A stretch of DNA of 64,000 nucleotides from positions 32,001 through 96,000 of the forward strand of contig CAYWJO010000007.1 in assembly GCA_964458565.1 (NCBI GenBank), given 5' to 3'. A model generated the notes under the pieces. It searched no databases and had not been told where the DNA came from. It saw only the letters and a list, made by a program, of their open reading frames with translations. Below are positions 1 to 10,421 of this stretch, piece by piece. The DNA comes from an uncultured archaeon. GTDB taxonomy: Archaea; Asgardarchaeota; Thorarchaeia; Thorarchaeales; Thorarchaeaceae. Each line of letters begins with the position of its first letter. Within the stretch, counting starts at the first letter, position 1. The position numbers were made by a program, and so were the translations under genes.

Positions 1-414
1 CTCATCGTGGAGTATATTCTTCTTGAACTCTATTTCATTCAGAGAACTGGACAGCAAATAATATCTAACCCATATTTTTGCATAACCTCCAGACACTACA
101 CCAGCAAGGATATGATAGTTCAAGTTCCAATCTGCAGAGCAATGGACTCTCCCGGTGGAAGGTGGAGTGAACTGCATTGCAACAAACAACTTTGCAAAGT
201 GCACACTTGCAGAATCCCACTGACCATAGACCTCAATCTCACCAGTAAGATAACTAGCTGTTCTTAATGAAAATGCCCAGATGGAGTAAACACCGTTAAC
301 TGTACTATAATCGGTACTATCATTTTCTGTGAATGAATAAGCTGAAACACCTGGAGCAATCATTCCAAAAACAAGAACTACTAAAAGTATGGATTTGAAT
401 CTCCTATACCTCAT
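1..414 (-). CDS. Secreted protein, 5' part only (runs off window start; absent from ORF track)
   Basis: Manual translation from ATG at 414: MRYRRFKSILLVVLVFGMIAPGVSA|YSFTENDSTDY..., a Sec signal peptide, with the frame open to base 1. Confidence 0.75.
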   Translation of the reverse strand, partial: MRYRRFKSILLVVLVFGMIAPGVSAYSFTENDSTDYSTVNGVYSIWAFSLRTASYLTGEIEVYGQWDSASVHFAKLFVAMQFTPPSTGRVHCSADWNLNYHILAGVVSGGYAKIWVRYYLLSSSLNEIEFKKNILHDE

Positions 415-581
415 CGTAAATTCCTCATTATTCACAATATTAGAAATATTGTGCAAATTAATTAAACATCTACTTATTTAAATGATTTGTGTACTTTTGT
501 CATTATTGATTGTAATTCAAGCCCAGATAACGTACGATTAGATTGACGGATAATTCAAATATTAGTTAAATACCCCTATTC

Positions 582-1103
582 CTAAATCATCAAAATAGAT
601 TTAGAATTACGTTTATGCTTAGTATATAACACCACCAAAATACCAAACACTCCTAATAGAGATAGCAATAAACCTATAGAGAACAAACCTACATCAGGCA
701 GAGTTGGTGTAATTGTAATAATGCAATTTATTTCCTCAGTAGAATTATCAGGCTTCAGCAGGATTACAAGCCAACGATTATTTTGAGTTCTAATAAGACC
801 GTCGTAGGAAGTAATGTTTTGATGAATTTCATAAACACTTACGTTTTCCAGAGATTGCTCCGCGAACGCTCTTATTCCATTTTCATAATCTAGTAGATAA
901 AGGGTGAATGTATGGTTCATGATTTCTCTAACTCTGATATATTTCATATTGCTACATTCAAAAAAACGTCCCTCATACTCTTCTGGATTCTCGATATGGA
1001 TACGTGTCATTTGTGAAATATCGATAAAAGCCACTGTATAGGATAGTATAATAAAAGTAATCCCAGTCAAAACGAATAGTGTTTGTAATCTCATATATTT
1101 CAT
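582..1103 (-). CDS. Membrane-anchored accessory protein of ABC module (paralog of 2914-3432)
   Basis: N-terminal TM, beta-rich middle, C-terminal TM plus basic tail; shared motif TLYLLDYENG...SLENVS; start at 1103 preferred over 1127. Confidence 0.7.
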   Translation of the reverse strand: MKYMRLQTLFVLTGITFIILSYTVAFIDISQMTRIHIENPEEYEGRFFECSNMKYIRVREIMNHTFTLYLLDYENGIRAFAEQSLENVSVYEIHQNITSYDGLIRTQNNRWLVILLKPDNSTEEINCIITITPTLPDVGLFSIGLLLSLLGVFGILVVLYTKHKRNSKSILMI

Positions 1104-1104
1104 T

Positions 1105-1926
1105 CTATACATCCATCCTCCATACAAATACCAAAGAAACTAAAAACATGCATATTCCCAACAGTAGGCTTCCCAACAGACCATAAAGTAAATCCATTGG
1201 TAGGATCTCATAAACGAACACCCCAATATAGGCATAGCCTTGAAAGAAAGCAGTGGATAAATAAACTGGATTCAATATTCCACGTAAAATTGCGGGTTGA
1301 TAAGTGATGAAGTAGCTCACAAATAGAAACAGTGAGGTCAGACTCAGACCTCCAAGTGCTGTGTAAGAAGACTTCCTGGTTATTATTGCAATCAGCACAG
1401 AGACAGAAATAACAAAGATTACGCTGATATTGAATGCGACAAGTAAGATGATGAATACAATGAAATTATTACCTCCTCCCAAAAGAAAGTAGGGAATTAT
1501 AATTCCTAATGTTGAGGGGCCGCAAGTAAGAGCCCAGATAATAAAGATTCTAATTAGTATTATCTCAATTCTACCAATTGGGTATGAAATATATCTCCGA
1601 AATAGATTGGATTCAAAATCATGCGCGATTTGAAAGGACACCATGAGGGGGATGATGCCATATAGAACAAGAGTCAGAGCGTTAAGCGGTGCTGAGATAT
1701 GAAAGATATCTATATCTTCAAGTTTATGCAATACTTCCGTTATGGAATCTTGGGATATGTCAAGTTCAGGTACCAAGTAAATACCAACAAGACGAAACTG
1801 ACTATAAACACCTACAATAGCTAGGGAAATAAGGAATATAAGTAGTAATTCTATTCGAGGAAAGGGAAACGAGACATCTAGCTCGAATTTGAAAAGTGCT
1901 TTCAGATGTTTGAATTTATTCCTCAT
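1105..1926 (-). CDS. ABC-2 type exporter permease
   Basis: About 6 TM; IAHDFESNLFRRYISYPIGR ABC-2 motif; overlaps ATPase stop. Confidence 0.85.
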   Translation of the reverse strand: MRNKFKHLKALFKFELDVSFPFPRIELLLIFLISLAIVGVYSQFRLVGIYLVPELDISQDSITEVLHKLEDIDIFHISAPLNALTLVLYGIIPLMVSFQIAHDFESNLFRRYISYPIGRIEIILIRIFIIWALTCGPSTLGIIIPYFLLGGGNNFIVFIILLVAFNISVIFVISVSVLIAIITRKSSYTALGGLSLTSLFLFVSYFITYQPAILRGILNPVYLSTAFFQGYAYIGVFVYEILPMDLLYGLLGSLLLGICMFLVSLVFVWRMDV

Positions 1927-2842
1927 TATCAACCACCCTTCTAAAAGCACCCTCGAGAGAACTTCTTCGCTCTATTGAATAAACTCTGATATCATCGCGA
2001 TCCGATATAGCTGAAACTATCTCAGTGAGGTCTTGTTCTGTGAACTCCGAGCCTATTTCGACAACCAAAGATCTACTCCCTGAAATCTGTACATTGTTGA
2101 TACATTCCTCGTTCTTGAGGTCTCGTTGAAGTAGTGTAGGATTTGATACAACGATGATATACTCATTTGGCACCTCTGCCCATACGACATCAAGGATATC
2201 TCCTTGTTTTACTATCCGTCCTTTATTCAAGAATGCAACAGATGTACACACCTTCTCTAAATCACTCAGAACGTGCGAGGCAATAAGGAAAGAGGTTCCT
2301 GACTTCTGATGAAGTTCAACTATTAGATTAAGAATAGCTTCACGCCCTAAAACATCCAGATTTGAAGTAGGTTCGTCAAGGAGGATGAGTCTTGGATGTC
2401 CAATGAGTGCCTGTGCCAGCCCCAGACGTTGGATCATTCCTGCTGAAAATGTCTTTACTTTTCTGTCTGCAGCCTCTGATAATCCCACTAGTGCGAGGTA
2501 TTCTTCTGGATCTCCTGACGAATCGTAGAGATCAGATATATGTTGAAGATATGTTCTTGCAGAGAGATGCTTCGGATATATTGGACGTTCATGAAGAACA
2601 CCCATAATTCTTCTGATCTCCAAAGAATGGTCATGAATACTTTGTCCGCACACATATGCTTCTCCAGAATCGGGAGAAATGAGTCCTATCAAGATTCGAA
2701 ATAGAGTCGTTTTTCCAGCACCGTTAGGTCCAATCAAGCCAAAAATTCCTTCAGGTATTTCCATTGTTACACCATTCAATGCAGTTACATCATTGAAGTG
2801 CTTCACGAGTTCATGAGTTGACACCATTATTTCGCTACACAT
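1916..2842 (-). CDS. ABC transporter ATP-binding protein (CcmA/DrrA type)
   Basis: Walker A GPNGAGKTT, signature FSAGM, Walker B LILLDEP, H-loop SH; GGTGA RBS before ATG 2842. Confidence 0.95.
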   Translation of the reverse strand: MCSEIMVSTHELVKHFNDVTALNGVTMEIPEGIFGLIGPNGAGKTTLFRILIGLISPDSGEAYVCGQSIHDHSLEIRRIMGVLHERPIYPKHLSARTYLQHISDLYDSSGDPEEYLALVGLSEAADRKVKTFSAGMIQRLGLAQALIGHPRLILLDEPTSNLDVLGREAILNLIVELHQKSGTSFLIASHVLSDLEKVCTSVAFLNKGRIVKQGDILDVVWAEVPNEYIIVVSNPTLLQRDLKNEECINNVQISGSRSLVVEIGSEFTEQDLTEIVSAISDRDDIRVYSIERRSSLEGAFRRVVDNEE

Positions 2843-2913
2843 AATATCACCTTGGCACCATATTTGATTAGCCACTCATTTATTATATCAAAGCTCAATT
2901 TCGATTGCCCGCT

Positions 2914-3432
2914 CTAGGTTTGACCATTTTTAGAAACATGAGATACATCTCCTATTACTCTTCGTTCTGAAACCATCTTATATAATTTAAAGAAGATACA
3001 ACAGCTAATGAGAGATAAACCTAGTATGAGAGGTCCAATGTGGGGAATATTCCTACTGATATTGATATCATATCTTATGACTGTGTACTCTGCATTAGAC
3101 GATGTGACGAGTATAGTGTACCATCCTGGTTTGGGGATAATGATGTTAGTATCTATATATGACAGATTCTCAAAGCTGCACAAATATGAGACATTTTCGA
3201 GAGAGCTCTCATTGATTGCTCTATAACCATTGTCAAAATCAAGAATGTACAATGTTAGATTTCTGTTATCAACCCCCCATGCTTGAATATGTAATCCCTC
3301 CGTCACTGCTACGAAATGTCCACGATACTCTCCATAGGATATTAACTTTCCTGAGGTAGCTGAACCACTGGGCAGACAGGAGATAATCAAAAAGGTCACA
3401 CCAAGACCAAAAATTAGTTTCAAACTACGCAA
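2914..3432 (-). CDS. Membrane-anchored accessory protein of ABC module
   Basis: Signal peptide, beta-rich domain, C-terminal TM; motif TLYILDFDNG...SLENVS. Confidence 0.7.
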   Translation of the reverse strand: MRSLKLIFGLGVTFLIISCLPSGSATSGKLISYGEYRGHFVAVTEGLHIQAWGVDNRNLTLYILDFDNGYRAINESSLENVSYLCSFENLSYIDTNIIIPKPGWYTILVTSSNAEYTVIRYDINISRNIPHIGPLILGLSLISCCIFFKLYKMVSERRVIGDVSHVSKNGQT

Positions 3433-3443
3433 TATCTCTCACC

Positions 3444-4262
3444 TCATTCTACCTCGACACTATTAAACCTGACCACTGATATAACTAGGAGGAGTAGAGC
3501 GAATATAAAACAGCATTCCATTGAGAGAAGAAGCAGAGGGAGACCTAAAGACATCCCTGATAAATAAGATTGAACTCCCATGTAGATGTTGGTTGCATAA
3601 ATTGGATTGACGATTCCGAGTAGCTGTATTGGAAGTAACCTTGCATTTGATGCCAAGAATAAGACATAGCATATCGCAAGACTAAGAAATGTGCCCTTCA
3701 TCAGACTTTTTGTCTGAATTGCTACTAATATAGAAATTGCGATGTTAAAAAAGACAACAAGTAGTAAGGAGACACTCAATAATATGTGTGTGGTGACAGA
3801 GATTGAATTTTGTAGAAACCAAAAAGTACCAAGCAATAGACCAAAGACAGAAGGAATTGCAATGATGGAGAACACGATCAGTACTTTAGCAAATAAAACT
3901 GAATTTCTTGTTATGGGGAGTGAAAGTAGGTTCCGTAGAGTTCCATTCTCAAAGGAACTAGCAAATGTGATGGAAATTACAAGAGGGATGATTGAAACAA
4001 TGAGGTAGCTCATAATATATGTTGATGTCCACATAGCATTAAGCGTAACTCTATTCATAATCTTAGTGAATTGCCCAGTCCCTGGCAAATTACTAGGACT
4101 TCCAAGCTGAAATCCAGTGTAAACACTTGCAAATGCAGTCAACAATAGGAGAGAATATACGATGAGGATCAAGGCGATTAGAGAAGATAGTGCGAAGGGA
4201 GGCCAAGACTCATCAAGTTCGAGCTTTGATATATTGATGCCATACCGAAAACGTTCTCTCAT
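3444..4262 (-). CDS. ABC-2 type exporter permease
   Basis: About 6 TM; FASSFENGTLRNLLSLPITR..V..AK motif. Confidence 0.85.
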   Translation of the reverse strand: MRERFRYGINISKLELDESWPPFALSSLIALILIVYSLLLLTAFASVYTGFQLGSPSNLPGTGQFTKIMNRVTLNAMWTSTYIMSYLIVSIIPLVISITFASSFENGTLRNLLSLPITRNSVLFAKVLIVFSIIAIPSVFGLLLGTFWFLQNSISVTTHILLSVSLLLVVFFNIAISILVAIQTKSLMKGTFLSLAICYVLFLASNARLLPIQLLGIVNPIYATNIYMGVQSYLSGMSLGLPLLLLSMECCFIFALLLLVISVVRFNSVEVE

Positions 4263-4678
4263 TTGTATAACAAATCCCCTTTATTAATTCGGACATATTC
4301 ATTTAAGAATCTTCTTTATCAGATAGAATACAGCTAACTTTCATTTTGACAACAATTCTCTCTCTGAAGAGCAACCATTATCCATCATTAGTATGAAATG
4401 TCATTATTAAAACGGAATGCTACACACGAGTCTGTCACTTTAGTAATTAATTGAATTAGAATGAGTAGTATAAGTGCTACAACTAAGCCTTTCTTCCGAA
4501 ATTTATATCTTATTCTTTTTCCTCCAAATAGTATACACGACTTATGCTGTTTCCGTAAAGACATTAAAGCTATATACTGAATTTAGTATTCAAATGTGTG
4601 TCCTAGTAGATGACTTGGTCATATAATAGAACGGACTTTTCAAACTCAAACCATAAAAACCGATAATCCATTATTTGT

Positions 4679-5625
4679 ATGGGAGCTATTGTGTTCAGCG
4701 AACCGGGTGGTCAATCCAATCAAAGCAAACAAGGTACGACCCTTGAAAGTGATAGAAGAACATTGAAAGAGATCCTAATTACAGGAATCCTTTTCGGTCT
4801 CACTCTGAATCTCATCTCTGACTTTATCAGTTCGTTTCCCCTTCTTATATCAGATTCCGTTTAATTTCTTTGGATGTTGTCTTGGTTTGTGGGATCAGGG
4901 ATGGCAATTGTGTATTTGCTGACTCATCTATCTGGGCAGTATCTTAGAGAGGAATCTGAGATATCACACACAATCAACTCGGTGTTAATCTGGAATATAA
5001 AAGAGAGATGTATTGCCAAGAGAGATACTGGATATAGACCTCAATTGGATGTTATTGATTATGAGAAGGGCTTGTCTGATGAACAGAAAGCGAAGGTGTC
5101 AGAAGCCTTATCAAATGGTCTAGAAGGACTCAAAAACTCAAAACTACCCATGTTTACAATAGAAGCTGCATTAATGGATTTTTTGATTCGACGATCGGTA
5201 GTAGATAAAAAGATGGTAAAAGAAACTAGCGTGACGACCGAAAAGTCTTGTCTATTGGAAACCTACGCAATCTTATCCGTTCGGAAAATCAATCGATTTC
5301 GGAATATGCTACTGAGATGATGCAAATCGCTCTTGATAATCCTGATTCATTACTCATTGATGAAAATCGAATCATTAGGAAATTAGGTTTAAGGTGTAAA
5401 GAACCACGGATTGTGCAACTTATTTGGTTTGAAAAGACCAACCGTGTTTCAGCAACATGGACTTTGTATGTGAGCGATCAGATTTCAATTGCTAAATGGG
5501 GTCTATTAGCACTACCACATGACAACCTTAAGCGAATGAATCTTCTTGAGTGGATGTCAAAGAAACCGGATATAGTAGCAGAAGCAAGAAGACAATTAAT
5601 CATTGATGGACTATTGAAAGAATAA
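4679..5625 (+). pseudogene. Probable disrupted gene for a 2-TM membrane protein
   Basis: ORFs 4679-4864 and 4874-5320 share a frame and are separated by one TAA between two hydrophobic segments; ORF 5248-5625 overlaps in another frame (apparent frameshift). Confidence 0.5.
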
Positions 5626-5681
5626 TTGGCTAGACAGAATGTGTTATTAGTTTCTCTCATTGAAAAGCTTGTGTGAATCTC

Positions 5682-6512
5682 ATGTCCACATCCGAAAAGC
5701 ACTTTGCAAGATATTACCTCAGAGAAGAGAGTTTACCCACCGCATTCTGTCCTGGATGTGGGAATGGTACAATCACGAATTCGTTCCTCAAGGCAGTTAG
5801 TGATTTGGGTCATGAGGACTTGAGTAAGTTTGCATTTGTTTCTGGAATTGGGTGTGGAGCCTGGATCCCTTCCCCACACTTCAATGCAGACTCATTGCAC
5901 ACTACCCATGGACGTGCAGTAGCATTTGCTACCGGTCTCAAACTGGCCCGTTCTGAGCTGGAGGTGGTTGTGATAAGTGGAGATGGGGACCTTGCTGCTA
6001 TAGGTGGAAATCATCTGATTCATGCTGCACGACGTAACATCGACTTGACAGTTATTTGCAGTAACAATTACATCTACGGGATGACTGGGGGACAGGTTGG
6101 ACCAACAACCTTCACTCATGATCGAACTACTACTACCCCCTATGGGAATCCTGAACGTCCATTTGACCTTGCCAGACTTGTTACTGCAGCAGGAGCCAAT
6201 TATGTAGCTCGATGGACTACAGCTCACCCAATTCAAGCAGCACGTGCAATACGAACCGCACTTCAACGAAAGGGATTCTCTTTCATTGAGATGTTGAGCC
6301 AATGCCCGACTGCATATGGACGACGAACAAAGACTGGAGGTCCTATTGAATTCTTAGAATGGTTCAAGCGTTTGCCTGTACGTAAGAAGGATGATCCAAT
6401 CGAGTATAAAGTACCAACAAAGGATGGTATAGACCTCGGTGTATTTGCGGACAGACATGAAAAGGAATTCATAGAATCAATGAATGAGATCTATTCAGGT
6501 CTGAAGGAGTGA
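5682..6512 (+). CDS. korB: 2-oxoacid:ferredoxin oxidoreductase beta subunit
   Basis: FCPGCG, SGIGC, HTTHGRA, TPP motif GDGD...NN, YGMTGGQ, SQCPT. Confidence 0.93.
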   Translation: MSTSEKHFARYYLREESLPTAFCPGCGNGTITNSFLKAVSDLGHEDLSKFAFVSGIGCGAWIPSPHFNADSLHTTHGRAVAFATGLKLARSELEVVVISGDGDLAAIGGNHLIHAARRNIDLTVICSNNYIYGMTGGQVGPTTFTHDRTTTTPYGNPERPFDLARLVTAAGANYVARWTTAHPIQAARAIRTALQRKGFSFIEMLSQCPTAYGRRTKTGGPIEFLEWFKRLPVRKKDDPIEYKVPTKDGIDLGVFADRHEKEFIESMNEIYSGLKE

Positions 6513-6518
6513 GAGTGT

Positions 6519-7046
6519 GTGAGGATAGAAATTCGTATTGCAGGTACGGGTGGCATGGGAGTAGTCCTCGCAGGAGTAATTATGGGTCACGCAGCAGTAG
6601 TTTATGGCGGGCTTGATGCAGTTCAAACACAGAGCTACGGCTCTGAGGCACGTGGTACTGCAGCCAAAAGTGAAGTAATTATAAGCGATCAGCCAATTCG
6701 ATATCCTAAGGTACGAAAGTCAGATTTTCTGATTGCAATGAGTCAAAAAGCATTTGATATGTACGCTCCAGATATCAGGGAGGGTAGTACTGTGATTGTA
6801 GATCAAGACCTTGTAGACTCCTCAAATTCTCCAATTACCTGTGAGATTGTGAAAGTACCAGCGATGCAAATTGCTGATGATCTAGGTCGTCGAATGATTT
6901 CGAATATGGTCATGCTCGGTGCATTAACAAAGAAGTCTAACGTTATACCAATGGACGTTCTTGAGAGGGCAGTAGCTGATATGGTACCTCCTAACACATT
7001 TGAACTTAACAAGAATGCAATCATGGCTGGAGCTAACTTTGTCTAA
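6519..7046 (+). CDS. korC: 2-oxoacid:ferredoxin oxidoreductase gamma subunit
   Basis: IRIAGTGGMGV, QSYGSEARG, NMVMLGA. Confidence 0.92.
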   Translation: MRIEIRIAGTGGMGVVLAGVIMGHAAVVYGGLDAVQTQSYGSEARGTAAKSEVIISDQPIRYPKVRKSDFLIAMSQKAFDMYAPDIREGSTVIVDQDLVDSSNSPITCEIVKVPAMQIADDLGRRMISNMVMLGALTKKSNVIPMDVLERAVADMVPPNTFELNKNAIMAGANFV

Positions 7047-7318
7047 CCTCCATGAATGAGTGGAAGTATCACAATTGTTTCTTCATTATACACATTGGTT
7101 TCCAACCCACCACTAAGCCCTATATCTGCATCATTTCTTAATATCAAAGCTTCACGGTCCATGGTCTGTACTTCTAACCAAAGGTTTCGCACCTCTTCGT
7201 TCTCATCAATCAACCTTTGAAGGATATCCAGTACTTTGGTTGGATTTTTAATTTGTATCTCGATTTGTCGGTTTCCCAATCGTGCAGCAATTGGGCCTCG
7301 TATCGTAATCTTGACCAT
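7043..7318 (-). CDS. MoaD/ThiS/SAMP ubiquitin-like sulfur carrier
   Basis: 91 aa beta-grasp pattern ending ILPLIHGG (di-glycine). Confidence 0.88.
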   Translation of the reverse strand: MVKITIRGPIAARLGNRQIEIQIKNPTKVLDILQRLIDENEEVRNLWLEVQTMDREALILRNDADIGLSGGLETNVYNEETIVILPLIHGG

Positions 7319-7431
7319 GACGGATGACCTAAAATTTTGTCAGAGTATTTGAAAATAAAGGAGACGGAATCACCAAGCTCGAATACCTAGAGCAATCATC
7401 TTATCAAGCAAAGCATATGGTTTTCTGATTT

Positions 7432-8886
7432 ATGGCCGAGGAGTCCGAATCACAAGAGCTCATAGAGAGCACTTTTGCAAAAGTATTCGGTATAGCGCAG
7501 CCTACCGAAAATGCAGTTCGTCTTGTGAAGATACTATCAGTTCTCATGCCATCCTTTGCAGCCTCTTTTCAGATTTCAACCACGTTCTATATGATTTTCA
7601 TTGCAGAAACCCTTGGTGGTGACTATGTAACAGGTATTGCCTACGTTGGGATTCTGGTGACAATCCAACTCGCAATCCAAACACTCCTCGATTATCCCAC
7701 AGGTGCCATTGGTGACTGGATTGGACAAAGGTATGTGATTGCTTCAGCATTGCTCTGTTATTCTGTGGCTTTCTTCCTTACAGCTCAAATCACACCTGAA
7801 ACCCCTTTCGGTCTATTTGTTGTAATATATGTTCTATTTGGTCTTGGATCGTCACAGGAAAGTGGGGCATTCAATGCATGGTTCGACAATAATTATCGTG
7901 TTGCTATGCCTCATGATACGGATAGAAAACAGTATGGTGTGTTTTGGGGACGTGTTGGGATGGTATGGCAGGTCTCATCTACTTTAGTTTTAATACCTGG
8001 TTCTTATCTTGCTCTCATAACGGATAGAACTTGGGTATTCTTTTTACAATCAATCTTCTGCTTGATTCTATCAGTTGTTGTCATGATGGTTGTGAAGGAC
8101 CTACCTGGAGTAAGAGATCAGGACGAAGCTCGTCGCTCGCTTGGTGAATACAAAAACCTTCTAGTAGATGGTGTGAGGTTCCTGGGTTCTACACGATTTG
8201 TCACATTCATAATTCTTGGTGAGGTACTGCTCTGGTCTGTGGGTCCAGTTTGGTGGAACCTCCATCTTTTCCCATTTTATTATTGGTTCCTCCTGACCGA
8301 GGTAGCTGTATCCTCCTTCAGAACTCTGGTGTTTATTCCACAGGCGATAGCCAATGAACGCAGTGGCGTCTGGTCAAAGCGCTTCAGTCCCGAAAAATGG
8401 GTTCCCCGATTTAGATTTCTACAGTTTGGAGGTCCAGTTTTCTACATTATCATAGCAGCAATTGTTCATGTCTTTCCAGGAGCTGTGGAGGGAGTAGCTG
8501 TGATTCCCTTCCTAGATTTTCCAATTTCCACACTGATCCCTGTATTCCTAATCTTTGCAACCTTTGTAGGAGTAAGTATGTTTGGAGGATTTGCACAGAT
8601 ACTGACCCAACGTGTGATGTTAGATGTGATTCCAAACAGAATTAGAAATAGCATGTACTCACTCCAACCTACATTGGTAATGCTTCTATCTATGCCACTT
8701 CTTCTCTTCTTTGGCTGGTTGACATCAGAAAGCGGATTCACACTGCCGTTCATATTGTGTGGTTTAATCGCATTTTTCGGAATAGTCTTTATTGCGAAAG
8801 CATTCACATATCCAATCGTAAAAGCTGAGATTCAAGTTGCTGATGCCGAAGAGGCTGAAGTGGTAGAGGAGCTTGACGTAACTTAG
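7432..8886 (+). CDS. MFS transporter
   Basis: About 12 TM; DYPTGAIGDWIGQR MFS motif A. Confidence 0.88.
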   Translation: MAEESESQELIESTFAKVFGIAQPTENAVRLVKILSVLMPSFAASFQISTTFYMIFIAETLGGDYVTGIAYVGILVTIQLAIQTLLDYPTGAIGDWIGQRYVIASALLCYSVAFFLTAQITPETPFGLFVVIYVLFGLGSSQESGAFNAWFDNNYRVAMPHDTDRKQYGVFWGRVGMVWQVSSTLVLIPGSYLALITDRTWVFFLQSIFCLILSVVVMMVVKDLPGVRDQDEARRSLGEYKNLLVDGVRFLGSTRFVTFIILGEVLLWSVGPVWWNLHLFPFYYWFLLTEVAVSSFRTLVFIPQAIANERSGVWSKRFSPEKWVPRFRFLQFGGPVFYIIIAAIVHVFPGAVEGVAVIPFLDFPISTLIPVFLIFATFVGVSMFGGFAQILTQRVMLDVIPNRIRNSMYSLQPTLVMLLSMPLLLFFGWLTSESGFTLPFILCGLIAFFGIVFIAKAFTYPIVKAEIQVADAEEAEVVEELDVT

Positions 8887-9011
8887 TCATTGTTATTTTA
8901 ATGGAAAAAGGAGCTAAAACCATTTACAATCAAGAATAATTTATCCGATTTCTCATAGACGTTCAATCAGAAAACTTTATCTCAGAATCATCGAGGATGC
9001 TGGTTACACAA

Positions 9012-9119
9012 GCCCCAGTAGCTTAGACCGGTTAGATCGCTTCCTTGGTAAATGTGTGGGCTTTCCCCACATGTCTGGTTAGGAAGAGGCCGCGAGTTCA
9101 AATCTCGCCTGGGGCTCCA
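9012..9119 (+). tRNA. tRNA-Thr(GGT) with 30-nt canonical (37/38) intron at 9051-9080
   Basis: Acceptor GCCCCAG/CTGGGGC, anticodon stem CTTCC/GGAAG, GGT at 9047-9049, T-arm GCGAG-TTCAAAT-CTCGC, encoded CCA; intron hairpin. Confidence 0.9.
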
Positions 9120-9126
9120 TTATCTC

Positions 9127-9441
9127 TCACTTATTCTCCAACTTCTCTATCTTGAAGATGACTGGTCTTAATCCATCACCACAGGGTTGATAGGTGACTC
9201 CCGATTTGGGGTAGTTGTAATCCCCTCCATTATAATAGACCATTAGAGTGGTATAGAGGTCCTGCCAAGCTCTTCCGCAGAAATCCTTGGGTCTATCAAG
9301 ATGATGGTCTATAATGAATTCTTCTCCGTCCTCATAACTACAGGGACCAATGATTTCTCCATTTTCACGCTTCATTGTGTGACCAAAGACGTCTTCCGGG
9401 CTGAATCTTTTAACAACTGTAACTTTCAGTTTTGTATTCAT
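9127..9441 (-). CDS. TIGR04076-family protein
   Basis: PC...G.EF, FCGRAWQDL, C.DGLRPVIFKIE motifs. Confidence 0.75.
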   Translation of the reverse strand: MNTKLKVTVVKRFSPEDVFGHTMKRENGEIIGPCSYEDGEEFIIDHHLDRPKDFCGRAWQDLYTTLMVYYNGGDYNYPKSGVTYQPCGDGLRPVIFKIEKLENK

Positions 9442-9656
9442 TCCACTCTCTCCTCGACTGATGAATTACATTGATGCCACTTCTTCTTGTCTTTAGGATT
9501 TACCCACTCACGCAAAGGATGTTTAGGAATTAACGTGTAATGATAACTTTGTATAGACAGAATCAATGTTGTCAGTTGCAGATGAAATCAGAAATCACAA
9601 TAACAGCGCCTCAAATTATGTGGTTGTTGAAAATCCGATCTAAGGCTCCATAATCT

Positions 9657-10037
9657 TTAATTCTCATGATTGTTGCAATAGTCATTAACTATATCGTCTA
9701 CGTTTATTCCAGACTGTTTTATCAGTAGATGATCTCCTTGCATATCTTTGAATGCCTTAAACACGAGATAACCCCCAACCAATAGGAGAATGATTATTCC
9801 TGCAGAAAGCCCCAGGATAAATGGCAGAACACTCTCTAGTTCATAATATTGAGAAGTAGCAATGAGTATCGTGAGCAGTGACATAGGAATTGTAATTATT
9901 CCAATTCCAGTTCTAAGTTCTGCGAGATGGGTACGTTTTTCCGCCTCGATAGTACGAATTATTGCTAATCTAGTTGTGATATGTCTGTCATTGCCATCTG
10001 AATGATTGAATCGAACTTCGGTGTCCATGGTTTTCAC
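9657..10037 (-). CDS. DUF202 (YidH-like) small membrane protein
   Basis: RT.EAEKRTHLAELRTG followed by 2 TM. Confidence 0.7.
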   Translation of the reverse strand: MKTMDTEVRFNHSDGNDRHITTRLAIIRTIEAEKRTHLAELRTGIGIITIPMSLLTILIATSQYYELESVLPFILGLSAGIIILLLVGGYLVFKAFKDMQGDHLLIKQSGINVDDIVNDYCNNHEN

Positions 10038-10042
10038 TTTTC

Positions 10043-10348
10043 TCAGGTCTGTCTACGTTTTTTTCCCATCATTTTCATTAAAACAATTCTAGCTTGTTCA
10101 GGACCATATAACTCAGACAGTCTCTCTAAGACCTCATCCTCTTCCATCTTATCCAGCCATTTTTCTATCTGTTTCTGCATCTCAGGCGAGAGGTCTTTCG
10201 CTAACTTTTTAGCTCGTTCCTTTCTTCCAAGATCAAAATCATCCGGTCCCAAAAGGCTCATTTTCATACACCAACATTGACTATCATAAAGTGAACATTT
10301 GACCTTTGTCATCTGGCTGTTAGAATCATCATCTAATATAGTCCACAT
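10043..10348 (-). CDS. Small hypothetical helical protein (true start probably near 10267)
   Basis: Charged helical ORF closely coupled to the DUF202 gene. Confidence 0.55.
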   Translation of the reverse strand: MWTILDDDSNSQMTKVKCSLYDSQCWCMKMSLLGPDDFDLGRKERAKKLAKDLSPEMQKQIEKWLDKMEEDEVLERLSELYGPEQARIVLMKMMGKKRRQT

Positions 10349-10421
10349 TACGCTTGATAAGTAGATAAAAAAGGGTGTTGGAATGCTACTAGTGAAATTA
10401 TAGCAAACAGGAATTTTCTAT

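Noticed and set aside
7-267. 86-aa plus-strand ORF
   Set aside because: Shadow of the minus-strand signal-peptide gene at 1-414
4862-4864. Recoded stop (Sec/Pyl) in the broken gene
   Set aside because: The codon is TAA, not TGA or TAG, and a further frameshift follows
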